DNA of 64,000 nucleotides, from assembly GCA_003154195.1 (NCBI GenBank), contig PMCS01000030.1, positions 59,446 to 123,445 on the forward strand, written 5' to 3'. Source of the stretch: Candidatus Omnitrophota bacterium (lineage in GTDB: Bacteria; Omnitrophota; Gorgyraeia; Duberdicusellales; 4484-171). Positions 50,501 to 59,659 of this stretch are shown piece after piece (the first letter of the stretch is position 1; each line of letters starts with the position of its first letter). Made by a program: the position numbers and the translations under genes. The notes under the pieces were generated by a model. That model did not search any database and had not been told where the DNA came from. It worked only from the letters and a program-made list of their open reading frames with translations.

Positions 50501-52084
50501 GAGGATACAATCTTGGAAGTGCAAACTATCATCGCTCGGTTGAGAGTAGATATGAGGGAATTATCCGATGCCCACAATCAGGCAGTGCAAGAAACCATCG
50601 AGCGATTAAGAGGGGATACAAGGGAGTTAGCTTTAGTATCGCTCGGGGAGTTTCTGTCCGACCGCGATACGGGACTTATAAGGTCGGGGGCTTCAAAGAA
50701 TTCCAGCGTCGGGCGAGGTAATTGGTTATGGAATTTGTTGAGGAGCAGGTTTACATACGCGGTTCTGATAGGAGGCGTGTTGGGTGGCCTTGCCGCGTTT
50801 CCTGTAGCCAGGTCTACTAATGCGGTCAAGCTCGATGTTTCTCTTAAGATTAAAGGAGGATTGACGGAGGCCGTGGCGCCGGCGTCGAAGCCGGAGCCAG
50901 GGTACGTAGGCTTTTTTCAGCTTCCAGAGCAGCCTAGCCCGTGGACGAGGACGATAGTAGTAAAAGCAAAGAAAGGCGATACTGTAGATGGACTATTAGG
51001 TAAGTATAACCCGGAATGGCCTGAACTTTCTCATGAAATGAGGATGGGCGGGCGAGAAGCTTTACGTGATTTTAATCCAGGAGTAGGGCCGGCATATCTT
51101 ATAATAGAAGGCAAGCGTTATAGAATACCTGCATATGTCAGTTCCGCGGTAGCCGAAGCGGCACAGGCGCGCGATAGAGATGGTTTGCAGGGGGAACTTA
51201 AAAGGGTTCAGGCAGAGCTTGAGCTTGCCTTACTGAAGCAGCGCGGCCTTAGAGGGGAAGCTGTCAAAACAAATCAGAGGCATGTCGCGGCGCTTGAGCG
51301 GAGGAGGGAAGCTATTGAGGCATCGTTAGTGGAGATAACGCTGGATGAGGCATTTAAGGGATTGCTTGATTTAGAACAATACGAGTCTAACTTAGCTAAA
51401 GGAAACGAGCAAGTCGGGGTGTCTTCAAAAGACCTCGCCGGTTCATTACCGGATTTAGGTAAGCAATATGATATCTTTGTCAGATGGCTTGTGTCTGAGT
51501 ACGATAGGATAGGGGGGGTAAAGATATTTCCAATACCAGCTTCAAAGGTGGAGCACTTAACTGCTATACTCAGCAGTCTTAATGATGGGCTGGAATCTGC
51601 CCAAGTATGGCAGAAAGAGATCTCTGGAATTTTGTCAAGATACGAGAGATTGCTCGGCGAGCCGCTTTTTACAGTAGATTATGAATTAGACAGATTACGG
51701 CCGGTTGTGGAATCAGCGCCAAAAACCAATGAACTTTATACTAAATTGATTGCGGATATTAATGAGTTGATAGCAAGGGCCAGCAGGGATCTTGCAGTAG
51801 CGAGAGAAGAAGCAAGGGCCGCGTCGCATCATCAAACAGTAACCGGTAGAGTTGTTGAGAAGCGTGCCAGCGCGAGTCCTGTCGGCGCGAGTTCTAACGC
51901 ACCCGTCGGCGGTATTGATTTAAACACTGCGAAAACAGCGATAAAGATCAAAGGCGACGGCAATTTCGCTTTTGCTTCCTCGGCGCTTAAGGCCGATGCG
52001 TCGGGGTTATTGGGATATACGTTTACCATCGTGAAACTGGAAAAGATCGCTGATCCCACCGCGTTCTTCGCCTCCGCCAAATAA
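47582..52084 (+). CDS. Giant exported modular protein 2 (1500 aa): conserved N-domain, HEAT-like repeats, coiled coils, TM, LysM-like domain, GGID C-terminal motif
   Basis: N-terminal ~360 aa and C-terminal ~55 aa closely match protein 1; VRAAAVRALG; KKGDT..NP..LI.EG..YRIP. Confidence 0.85.
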   Translation: MLTFNPKKSNAGKVFSSFMAFVFFFTSLGTGKAFSDNGQLSLASLPLPGQMVNLTPVFTPALLKGLKLDANNPLRFNFIVEPGDTKFGEAKLKEEVSDMVRYFLAALTIPESDLWVNLSPFEGGRVITDELSSTDLGRDMLASDYLLKQLVSSLTYPESALGKKFWEKVYRRANEVYGTAKIPVNTFNKIWIMPESASIFENGDKVVISDIKLKVMLEADYFAMQNNQAKDQKTGKPKNEKTFTTGNQSDGKAVNDLSGQIMKEIILPVIEQEVNHGQSFAKLRQIIYSVILAGWFKLKLKDSIVNQTYSDKKKMKGVDTSDPALKEKIYQQYVQAYKKGVYDYIKKEFEANSHRQVRRRYFSGGVELLYGKLVGDTQRVPPEAFAGKLSSPLEAEAATVELAPASLPNSFLGEVPPGYVSPWVDRKGKDGPIDQHLPTLAQYDNVLIAITTGPEAVEEIVTREGPLAAPNFVRALEDNAMGEFRKEIINVLGRIGDASAIGNIVRFGIDYIGRKTPAGEVRAVHLAAIEAIKNIGMRYIWNIDHAFWMLSLAVEGIGDAELHAKAIDALREMAALMVKTNPIDDEKAVYASRLAYYRQFFQRLLSMARTKPNKRGVVDYGVVDKDVRIVAISALAPVTAAAKDNRFVSDPEYDGFLSGVRSELTGVATDEKDNPEVRAAAVRALGVMAANKRFPIMIYHTLEDMFTRDSPDMPDIVRAALREVLPAVSKDAGTVAASPVTALKPAAADEARPGETGRKRGDVLRALRASERDLATLEAALEAKSWAYQLYTAGFDEAAAGELTDAVRVKKLPLTGRYRPTDDGVMLIVHAEIGAISRTETERLGSLERQREIRELDDKVKAKRAQVIELGWAARELEAAQQERHAVALRRLEELKAKFQKAVSGFTSALEEAQGNGPEAVAAARGDLDKLLGEIQLAGDAITQALARYREEGIDLGDEALVAGTRTIGGKPAEDTILEVQTIIARLRVDMRELSDAHNQAVQETIERLRGDTRELALVSLGEFLSDRDTGLIRSGASKNSSVGRGNWLWNLLRSRFTYAVLIGGVLGGLAAFPVARSTNAVKLDVSLKIKGGLTEAVAPASKPEPGYVGFFQLPEQPSPWTRTIVVKAKKGDTVDGLLGKYNPEWPELSHEMRMGGREALRDFNPGVGPAYLIIEGKRYRIPAYVSSAVAEAAQARDRDGLQGELKRVQAELELALLKQRGLRGEAVKTNQRHVAALERRREAIEASLVEITLDEAFKGLLDLEQYESNLAKGNEQVGVSSKDLAGSLPDLGKQYDIFVRWLVSEYDRIGGVKIFPIPASKVEHLTAILSSLNDGLESAQVWQKEISGILSRYERLLGEPLFTVDYELDRLRPVVESAPKTNELYTKLIADINELIARASRDLAVAREEARAASHHQTVTGRVVEKRASASPVGASSNAPVGGIDLNTAKTAIKIKGDGNFAFASSALKADASGLLGYTFTIVKLEKIADPTAFFASAK

Positions 52085-52162
52085 ATTTTTTACGGCGTAA
52101 AAAATTTATTTGATATACAATCCACATAGAATACCAATCTTATTCTGGTTTTTTCAATCTGA

Positions 52163-53521
52163 TTAATCTGTGGACAGTATTTTTTTTGGTTTTATTTTAA
52201 TCCTTTTTTCTTCATTCTCTCCCTCAAATCTTCTATTCAGTTCCCGCAAATAATTTTTTATCTCCCAAAATTCCCGTAGTCTGTTTTCGCTGAACGCCCC
52301 GAATACCGAATTGTTCTGTAAGAGCGGTTCGCTGAATTTATCGCGATAGGCTTCGAACATTCGCGTGCCGGGAGTGGGCGAAAATTCGGCAAAGGAAGCT
52401 TTAGCGCCCAGGCGATGGAGGAAATCTACGTCGGTTTTCAGGGTTTCCAGATTTTGTCCCGGATAACCCAGAAGCAGATAGGCGCTGAATTCTCCGGGCT
52501 CAAACCCGCCTTTTTTTAACAGTTCAGCGCCGTGGATAACATCCTGGCGGTTGACTTTATCGCCCCATTGTTTTTCTAAATCAGGGTCAAGGGTTTCCAA
52601 CCCGAAATGGGGATTGATAAAACCGGTTGCTTTAAGCAGGGCGGCTAGTTCCTCGTCTAAATAACGCAGGTGCAGGGCATTGGGGGTGTGGAAGCGCAGG
52701 CCAAGATTCAAGGCGGCGATCTCTCTTAAAAAGTTTTTCGCGTATTCCGGCTCGCAAAGGAAAGCATCATCATACAGGACGAAGTCTTTTATGTTTTTCC
52801 CGGCGTATTTTTTTATGAACTCGATTATTTTTCCCGGCGCCAGCCGGAAAAAATAGGGGGATAACTTTTTTACGGCGCAATAACTGCAGTCAAAGGGGCA
52901 GCCCCAGGAGGTACGAAAAACCGCGTAATCCAGCCGGGGGTAAAAGTTTTCGTAATCAGGCAGGGCCGCGTATAATTCGCCATAGTCAACTTTAATCCCC
53001 AGCAGTTTAAAAAAATCATCCAATTGCCCATTGGCAAAAATGTAATCGGCGGGGATATTTTTTTTGGCGTGTTCATAGCATAGTGTCGCGTAGGTACCGC
53101 CTACGATTATCGGAGTTTCAGGAAAATGCTTTTTTAGTATTTTTATCGCTTCGATTATTCCCGGATACCAGTAGGTCATCGAAGAAGTTATCAGGATGTA
53201 GTCGAGGTTTTTATTAAAAAAAAGGTGTCTGTCCCCTTTATTAGAGGGAAGTTTTGCTTCGAATTCATCGGGGGTAAGGCCGTAGCGTTTGTAATAGCGG
53301 GGGATATTGGCGAAAATCTCAGGTTTTTTGATGATTTCCGAATGGTATTTCCCCCGGCCGAAATCGGCGTACGTTTCTTTTTTTTCCAGGCAGTCGAGAT
53401 AATGGATATCCGCGCCTTGGCTTTTAAGGTATTCCAGGATCACCAGGAACCCGTAGGGTTTCAGCCAGAAATCATAAGCGGCGAAATCGTAAATCCAGGG
53501 GTTTATGGCCAGAACGTGCAT
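52163..53521 (-). CDS. Cobalamin-binding radical SAM protein
   Basis: INPWIYDFAA..KPYG, GGTYAT, SWGCPFDCSYC, FHTPNALH, PGT. Confidence 0.88.
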   Translation of the reverse strand: MHVLAINPWIYDFAAYDFWLKPYGFLVILEYLKSQGADIHYLDCLEKKETYADFGRGKYHSEIIKKPEIFANIPRYYKRYGLTPDEFEAKLPSNKGDRHLFFNKNLDYILITSSMTYWYPGIIEAIKILKKHFPETPIIVGGTYATLCYEHAKKNIPADYIFANGQLDDFFKLLGIKVDYGELYAALPDYENFYPRLDYAVFRTSWGCPFDCSYCAVKKLSPYFFRLAPGKIIEFIKKYAGKNIKDFVLYDDAFLCEPEYAKNFLREIAALNLGLRFHTPNALHLRYLDEELAALLKATGFINPHFGLETLDPDLEKQWGDKVNRQDVIHGAELLKKGGFEPGEFSAYLLLGYPGQNLETLKTDVDFLHRLGAKASFAEFSPTPGTRMFEAYRDKFSEPLLQNNSVFGAFSENRLREFWEIKNYLRELNRRFEGENEEKRIKIKPKKILSTD

Positions 53522-53758
53522 ATGGTCAGACCACAGATATCGGGCTAAAAACAGAAATTAATAAAACTAAAAAATAAAACAATTTTTAACCACGAGATTT
53601 AATTCAATAAAAACTTACACTGTATTCGAATAAAAAAAATTTTCAACCACAAGATTGCACTGATTACACTGAAAAATACAAATTCCGATAATGTAAAATA
53701 ATTACAAAATTAATCTGGAAATCAGTGAAATCTGTGTAATCATGTGGTTACAGTTTTA

Positions 53759-54156
53759 CTATAAGATTCTTCTTTTTATTTCTAAACTTTCGGTACCAAA
53801 ATTCAGCAATAGCCCTACTTTATTTTTAGTAGCTTTCAAATAATTTATCAACTGCGCTTGGTCGTTATTGGTTAAACCGGAGGCGGCCTTTATCTCTACG
53901 ATTACGCAATCTTCAACAAAAAAGTCAGAGCTGTATTTTTTTGGTATAAGTAAGTCTTTATACCATATATCCAATTCTTTCTGCGGTATAAAAGGTATCT
54001 TGCGTAGTTTAAACTCGTAAGATAAAGCTTCCTGGTAAACGTATTCCAGAAAACCGCACCCTAAAATTTTATGCACTTCGATAGCGGCTCCGATAGCCTT
54101 TTCGGTTATATCGCTATACAGCCACTTTTTGCTTTAGATGATTCCGTTGGTTTCAT
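53759..54156 (-). pseudogene. GxxExxY family protein with frameshift near the 5' end (pseudogene or recoded)
   Basis: GFLEYVY, SDFFV..IVEIK, QLINYLK, LLLNFG; conserved LYSDITEKAIGAAIEVH lacks an in-frame ATG; ATG 54156 is off-frame by one base at an A5 run. Confidence 0.7.
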
Positions 54157-54249
54157 ATTATGATATAATAAGACATAATAACATAAACTCCGGTTGCTGT
54201 AATGTTATTTGTTTTTAATTCCATTTTCTCATTTGTTTTCTGAGGTTTT

Positions 54250-55236
54250 ATGTTATACCAAGCCTTCAAAGATACAATCGAAAAATTATCCCTGTTGGAA
54301 AAAAAGGATAAAGTAATCCTCGGCGTTTCCGGCGGGCCGGATTCGCTGGCCCTGCTTTATCTTTTCCACAAATTACGTCAAGAGCGAAAGGTGGAATTAG
54401 TTTGCGCTCATTTTAACCATCAGCTGCGACCGGAGGCGGACAGCGAAGAGAAGTTTGTCGCCGAAACCTGCAAGGAGTTGGATATCCGGTTTATTGCCGA
54501 GAGAAAAGACGTCGCCAAATTTTTTAAAGGCGATTCGATGGAGCAGACGGCGAGGAACCTGCGCTTCGATTTTTTCTTAAAATGCGGCCGCCATTGCAAG
54601 ATAAAAAAAATCGCCCTGGCTCACCATAAGGATGATTTAGTGGAAACTGTGTTGATGCGTTTTATCCGCGGTTCCGGGTTAAAGGGTTTGCAGGGATTTT
54701 TACCTCGTTCCAAATACCGGGGGATGTCGGTTATCCGGCCGTTGATCGAAACGTCCAAGGAAGATATCCTGGACTGGCTCAAAGATAACAAAATAGATTA
54801 TTGTACCGATAAGACCAATTTTGAAGATAAGTTTTTGCGTAATAAAATACGCCTTAAATTGCTGCCGTTTTTAAAAGAGTTGAATCCCGACATCGTAAAC
54901 AATATTTATGAGTTTGCCGGGATGGTCGCCTGGGATTATGATTTTATCGATGCCGCGGCGCGCCGGGCTTTTGCTTCGCTTAAGATGGGCGAAACGCGCC
55001 GCCACGTTAAGCTCGACCTCGCCGGCCTTAAAAGATTAGCGCCGGCTCTTTTTGCCGCGGTTCTGCGTTACGCCATCGAGGAATTAAAGGGAGATACCCG
55101 CCGGATCGAAGCCCGGCATATCGAGGAGCTGCGCGATTTGGTATTTAAACGGCCCGGTGGCAGCATTGTGGATCTGCCGGCCCTGGCGGTTAAAAAAGAA
55201 GAAGCGTTTCTGGTAATTGAATCCTTGATTTTGTAA
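54250..55236 (+). CDS. tilS: tRNA(Ile)-lysidine synthetase
   Basis: SGGPDS, HFNH, AHHKDD..ET, IRPL, RNKIR; upstream of ftsH. Confidence 0.95.
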   Translation: MLYQAFKDTIEKLSLLEKKDKVILGVSGGPDSLALLYLFHKLRQERKVELVCAHFNHQLRPEADSEEKFVAETCKELDIRFIAERKDVAKFFKGDSMEQTARNLRFDFFLKCGRHCKIKKIALAHHKDDLVETVLMRFIRGSGLKGLQGFLPRSKYRGMSVIRPLIETSKEDILDWLKDNKIDYCTDKTNFEDKFLRNKIRLKLLPFLKELNPDIVNNIYEFAGMVAWDYDFIDAAARRAFASLKMGETRRHVKLDLAGLKRLAPALFAAVLRYAIEELKGDTRRIEARHIEELRDLVFKRPGGSIVDLPALAVKKEEAFLVIESLIL

Positions 55237-55292
55237 ACGTATGCAAGTATAATAAATAATCTGGTACCGCCAAAAATAACATAAAAAAGCTT

Positions 55293-55447
55293 CAGCCACC
55301 AAGGCACTAAAACACAAAGAAAAAGACCATAGACCGAAGACCAAAGACTTGTTTTTCAAGATTTTCTGAAATAATTTTGACCTTTGATCTTTGGTGTGTT
55401 GTCCTGGGCCCAATTTTTAATCTTAGTGCCTTGGTGTCTTTGTGGCT
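55293..55447. repeat. Nested inverted repeats with 7-nt periodicity
   Basis: AGCCACCAAGGCACTAA ... TTAGTGCCTTGGTG..GTGGCT enclosing AGACCAT-AGACCGA-AGACCAA-AGAC. Confidence 0.65.
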
Positions 55448-55468
55448 AAAAAATAATAAGGGAGAAAT

Positions 55469-57415
55469 ATGGCGAAAAAAGAACAAAAAAATTCCGATTT
55501 TAATTTTTTACGAACCGGTTTTTTCTGGATTTTAATCCTTCTGGGCCTGGTTTGGGTTTCCAATACACTGCACGCAAGTTATACTGCCAGTGTAAAAAAG
55601 CTGGCCTATAGCGAATTTTATTACTTGCTTACCAACAACCTGGATAATCCCGTGATTGAGTCGGTCAAAAAGACCGATAACCTTCTGGAGGGCGAGTTTG
55701 TCAAGGGCGCTTATCAACCGCCGCCAGAGGGGCTTGCGAATAATAATCAGGATGAGCGGCACACCAAGGTGGTTGTCGATACCGAGCAAAAACCGGCGGC
55801 GCCGCCGACGAAATTTTATCTTTATATCCCCGAAGATGATAAAGAACTTCTCGCTCTTTTGCGTACGAATGTGAAGAAATTCGAAGTGGACGTCCCGAAA
55901 ACATTTTTGGCGAATTTGTTTTATTCGTTGGGGCCGGTAGTTCTTTTTGTGGTGCTTTTGTGGTATATCTCCTATAAAGGCAATCAGATGGGTTCGCGGG
56001 TATGGAGTTTCGGCCGTGCCCGGACGCAAACCATTGAAAAAGAAAAGGCAATCAAGATAACGTTTAAGGATGTTGCCGGCATTGACGAGGCAAAAGAAGA
56101 GTTAAAAGAAGTCATCGAATTTTTAAAAGAACCGAAGCGATTTCAGAAACTGGGTGGAAGAATTCCCAAGGGCGTAATCCTGGTCGGCCCTCCGGGGTGC
56201 GGAAAAACGCTCCTGGCTAAAGCAGTCGCGGGTGAGGCTGAGGTCCCTTTTTTCAGTATCAGCGGCTCCGACTTTGTCGAGATGTTTGTCGGCGTGGGGG
56301 CCAGCCGCGTGCGCGACCTTTTCGACCAGGCCAAGCGCGCTTCCAAAACCAGCGGCAAGGGGTGTATTGTTTTTATCGATGAGATCGACGCGGTCGGCCG
56401 GCAGCGTTTTGCCGGGATCGGCGGCGGCCATGACGAAAGGGAACAGACTTTGAACCAGCTGCTGGTCGAGATGGACGGTTTTCACAGCGACGAGGCGGTG
56501 ATTGTGATAGCGGCGACCAACCGGCCCGACGTGCTGGATCCGGCGTTAATGCGGCCCGGCCGGTTTGACCGCCATATCGTGATTTATCCGCCGGATATCA
56601 AGGGTCGAAAAGAGATTTTAGATGTGCATACCAAAAAACTTAAATTGTCCGCCAACTGTAATATGGAAGGGATTGCCCGGCAGACCCCGGGTTTTTCCGG
56701 AGCGGATTTGGCTAACCTTTGCAATGAAGCCGCGCTTCTGGCGGCCCGGTATAACAAAGAATCGGTCGAGCAGAACGATTTGCTGGTATCAATCGAGCGG
56801 GTGATGATGGGGCCGGAAAAAAAGAGCCGGGTAATGCTCAAGCGGGAAAAAGAATTGACCGCTTATCATGAATCGGGCCACGCTCTTCTGTCGCTGTTTT
56901 TACCGGAAGTCAATTCTATGACCAAGGTCTCGATCATCCCCCGCGGGCTTGCCGGCGGTTATACCTTTACCCCGCCTACAGAAGACCGGCACTATAAATC
57001 TAAAAAAGAACTTTTCGGCGAAATTGTCGTGGCATTGGGCGGGAGGGCTTCAGAGGAGATCGTTTTCGGGGATGTGACTACCGGCGCGATGCGCGACTTG
57101 GAAGAAGTGACCGCTTCCGCCAAACGTATTGTTTGCGATTATGGGATGAGCGAGCGGATCGGCAATCTTACTCTCGGCCGGTCCCGCGGCCCGATCTTTT
57201 TAGGCCGGGACCTTGTGGAAGAGAAAGATTACAGTGAAGATACCGCTAAAATCATCGACCAGGAAGTGAAGCGTATCGTCGATACCTGTTACGAGCGGTC
57301 CCGGAAGATTCTTGCCGATAATCTTGATAAATTAAAGCTGTTGGCCGCCGTACTTTTGGAAAAAGAAGTTTTAGACGTCGCTGAAGTCAGGGCGATCACC
57401 GGGATTAAGGAATAG
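55469..57415 (+). CDS. ftsH: ATP-dependent zinc metalloprotease FtsH
   Basis: [35 protein letters not shown]. Confidence 0.98.
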   Translation: MAKKEQKNSDFNFLRTGFFWILILLGLVWVSNTLHASYTASVKKLAYSEFYYLLTNNLDNPVIESVKKTDNLLEGEFVKGAYQPPPEGLANNNQDERHTKVVVDTEQKPAAPPTKFYLYIPEDDKELLALLRTNVKKFEVDVPKTFLANLFYSLGPVVLFVVLLWYISYKGNQMGSRVWSFGRARTQTIEKEKAIKITFKDVAGIDEAKEELKEVIEFLKEPKRFQKLGGRIPKGVILVGPPGCGKTLLAKAVAGEAEVPFFSISGSDFVEMFVGVGASRVRDLFDQAKRASKTSGKGCIVFIDEIDAVGRQRFAGIGGGHDEREQTLNQLLVEMDGFHSDEAVIVIAATNRPDVLDPALMRPGRFDRHIVIYPPDIKGRKEILDVHTKKLKLSANCNMEGIARQTPGFSGADLANLCNEAALLAARYNKESVEQNDLLVSIERVMMGPEKKSRVMLKREKELTAYHESGHALLSLFLPEVNSMTKVSIIPRGLAGGYTFTPPTEDRHYKSKKELFGEIVVALGGRASEEIVFGDVTTGAMRDLEEVTASAKRIVCDYGMSERIGNLTLGRSRGPIFLGRDLVEEKDYSEDTAKIIDQEVKRIVDTCYERSRKILADNLDKLKLLAAVLLEKEVLDVAEVRAITGIKE

Positions 57416-57525
57416 AAATTTTAAATTTAGCATTTATCAATTAGCATTTTAAAATGAAAGAAGCTGATTCGGGGAGATAGGTTCTTTTCAACGATAATTG
57501 CTAAATGATCAATGTTCAATTTAAA

Positions 57526-58746
57526 ATGGTTCGAATAGTTCCTCTAAAGATCGAGTCCCTGAGGCAAGCCGGGCAGTTGTTGGCCGGGGCCGGCGTAAGC
57601 CCCGCCGGTATCGCGATAATTTCTCCTAAGAGCGTAAACCTCGCTTTTAAAATTTCCGGAATAAAATCCTGGGAAGCCAATATTCTTAAACAATCCCTTC
57701 TTTCGTTGGGTTCCGACGCCGGTATTGAGCGCGCCGCGCTGGTTAAAGACAAAAAAACCGACGTAATTATTCTGGGAAGCCTGAGCCAGTTAAATAAATT
57801 ATGCAAAAGATTAAAGGAGCAGCCTTCCGGGCTGAAGGAGCTTAGCCTTAAGCTTTCGTTATCTTTGCGGGATTTCTTTAAAGAGGAATTTAAGTTTTGC
57901 GCCCGCGGCAAAACGTTGAAGATAAAGAAACCGATAATTTGCGGAATAATCAATGTGACGGACGATTCATTTTCCGGCGATGGCCTGCTTAACCCGATAC
58001 CAGATCGAAGATCACAGACTACAGACTTGGCGTTGAAGAAAGCCGGGGGGATGGTAAAGGCGGGAGCGCGAATCTTGGACGTGGGAGGAGAATCGAGCCG
58101 GCCGGGCGCTTCGCCCATAGATGAAAAAGAAGAAATAAAGAGAGTCGTCCCTGTTTTGAGGATGCTGCGAAAAGAATTTCCCGGTATTTTTATTTCTGTG
58201 GATACATATAAATATAAGGTCGCGCGAGCCGCGGCTGGCGCCGGAGCCGATATTATTAATGATATCACCGCGCTGCGCCATTCGCCGCGCATAATTTCTT
58301 TGCTCAAAAAATATAAAATGGGCTGTGTCCTTATGCACATGAAAGGCAGCCCTCGTAATATGCAGGTTAACCCCGTCTACCGCGACGTGATGGAGAGTAT
58401 CGTCGATTTTTTTAACGAGAGGCTTAACTTTGCTTATGCCGGGGGGTTGGCCCCGGAGCAAATCATCATTGATCCCGGTATCGGGTTTGGTAAGACTTTA
58501 GAACATAACCTTAAAATTATAAAAGAATTATATAAGTTAAAGATTTTCGGATTGCCGATCTTGCTCGGGGCTTCGCGCAAGAGTTTTATCGGCAGAGTCA
58601 TAGGGGCCGGAGAAGATAAGCGTTTGACCGGTACGCTTGCTGCTAATGTTGTTTCCTTAACCCGGGGCGCCGGTATTTTCAGGGTTCATGATGTTAAGGA
58701 AGCCAAAGACGCGCTGGCAGTGGCGTATGAGATCATGGGTTCATAA
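57526..58746 (+). CDS. folP: Dihydropteroate synthase with N-terminal extension
   Basis: GIINVT.DSFS, DVGGESSRPG, DPGIGFGK, SRKSF, RVHDV. Confidence 0.95.
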   Translation: MVRIVPLKIESLRQAGQLLAGAGVSPAGIAIISPKSVNLAFKISGIKSWEANILKQSLLSLGSDAGIERAALVKDKKTDVIILGSLSQLNKLCKRLKEQPSGLKELSLKLSLSLRDFFKEEFKFCARGKTLKIKKPIICGIINVTDDSFSGDGLLNPIPDRRSQTTDLALKKAGGMVKAGARILDVGGESSRPGASPIDEKEEIKRVVPVLRMLRKEFPGIFISVDTYKYKVARAAAGAGADIINDITALRHSPRIISLLKKYKMGCVLMHMKGSPRNMQVNPVYRDVMESIVDFFNERLNFAYAGGLAPEQIIIDPGIGFGKTLEHNLKIIKELYKLKIFGLPILLGASRKSFIGRVIGAGEDKRLTGTLAANVVSLTRGAGIFRVHDVKEAKDALAVAYEIMGS

Positions 58747-59513
58747 TGGAATTCACATATAAATTATTAGACTGGAAGGCGATCACGGAAATAATAATCC
58801 TGTGGATTATTCTTTACAGGATTTTTCTTTTTTTGCAGGGCACCAAAGCCGAGTATCTTTTGAGAGGCTTGATTATTCTGGTCGCGGCTTTTTTTATTTT
58901 TCAATGGACGGGTTTTTCCGTGATGAGCTGGTTGTTTACCAGATTTTTTGCCTTTTTTTTAGTATTGGTCGTAGTTATTTTTCAGCCGGAATTACGCGAG
59001 GGGTTGATGCGCCTGGGGCAAAGGCATTTTTTTTATGCCGAACCGAAAAGGGAAGAAATCGAAAATACGCTTAAAGAAATTGTCGCCGCCAGTTTCTCCT
59101 TGACGCAGAAAAAACGCGGCGCGCTCATTGCCATAAAAAGAAAAATAAGTTTGCGCGATTATATCGAAAGCGGCGTTATTTTAAATGCCGATGTCAGCAA
59201 TGAGCTGTTGCAGACAATATTTTTTCCTCTTACGCTGCTTCATGACGGCGGAGTTATTATCGAAGGCACCAGGATCGTCGCCGCGGCATGCCTTTTTCCG
59301 CATACGACCGATCACGCTCTCGAGCGTACCCTGGGGATGCGCCATCGGGCGGCGATAGGGTTATCGGAGAATTCCGACGCGGTGGTCATTGTTGTTTCCG
59401 AAGAAAACGGCACGATGTCGCTGGCGATAAACGGGCAATTAACGCAAAATTTAACCAGCGATGATTTATTGACGATTCTCAGGGGGCAGCTCGGTAAATC
59501 TAATTGGGGATAA
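58746..59513 (+). CDS. cdaA: Diadenylate cyclase CdaA/DacA
   Basis: Three N-terminal TMs, FQPELR, LHDGG, GMRHRAA, VSEE. Confidence 0.93.
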   Translation: MEFTYKLLDWKAITEIIILWIILYRIFLFLQGTKAEYLLRGLIILVAAFFIFQWTGFSVMSWLFTRFFAFFLVLVVVIFQPELREGLMRLGQRHFFYAEPKREEIENTLKEIVAASFSLTQKKRGALIAIKRKISLRDYIESGVILNADVSNELLQTIFFPLTLLHDGGVIIEGTRIVAAACLFPHTTDHALERTLGMRHRAAIGLSENSDAVVIVVSEENGTMSLAINGQLTQNLTSDDLLTILRGQLGKSNWG

Positions 59514-59514
59514 G

Positions 59515-59649
59515 ATGAAAATATTTAAAAAAATAAAAATCAAAGAAGCGATTACCGGCCATTTCTGGCTTAAGTTATGGGCGTTACTGGGGGCGGTCGG
59601 CATATGGGTTTATATCAGCAGCGAGATTACCAAGGGCACTAAGATTTGA
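59515..59649 (+). CDS. 44-aa single-TM protein resembling the CdaR/YbbR N-terminal anchor
   Basis: MKIFKKIKIKEAITGHFWLKLWALLGAVGIWVYISSEITKGTKI; fills the gap directly after cdaA. Confidence 0.65.
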   Translation: MKIFKKIKIKEAITGHFWLKLWALLGAVGIWVYISSEITKGTKI

Positions 59650-59659
59650 TAATAGGGCT

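Noticed and set aside
40194-52084. Assignment of giant proteins as RHS/CdiA toxin, autotransporter or phage tape measure
   Set aside because: No RHS/YD or haemagglutinin repeats, no evident beta-barrel, no immunity or phage genes adjacent
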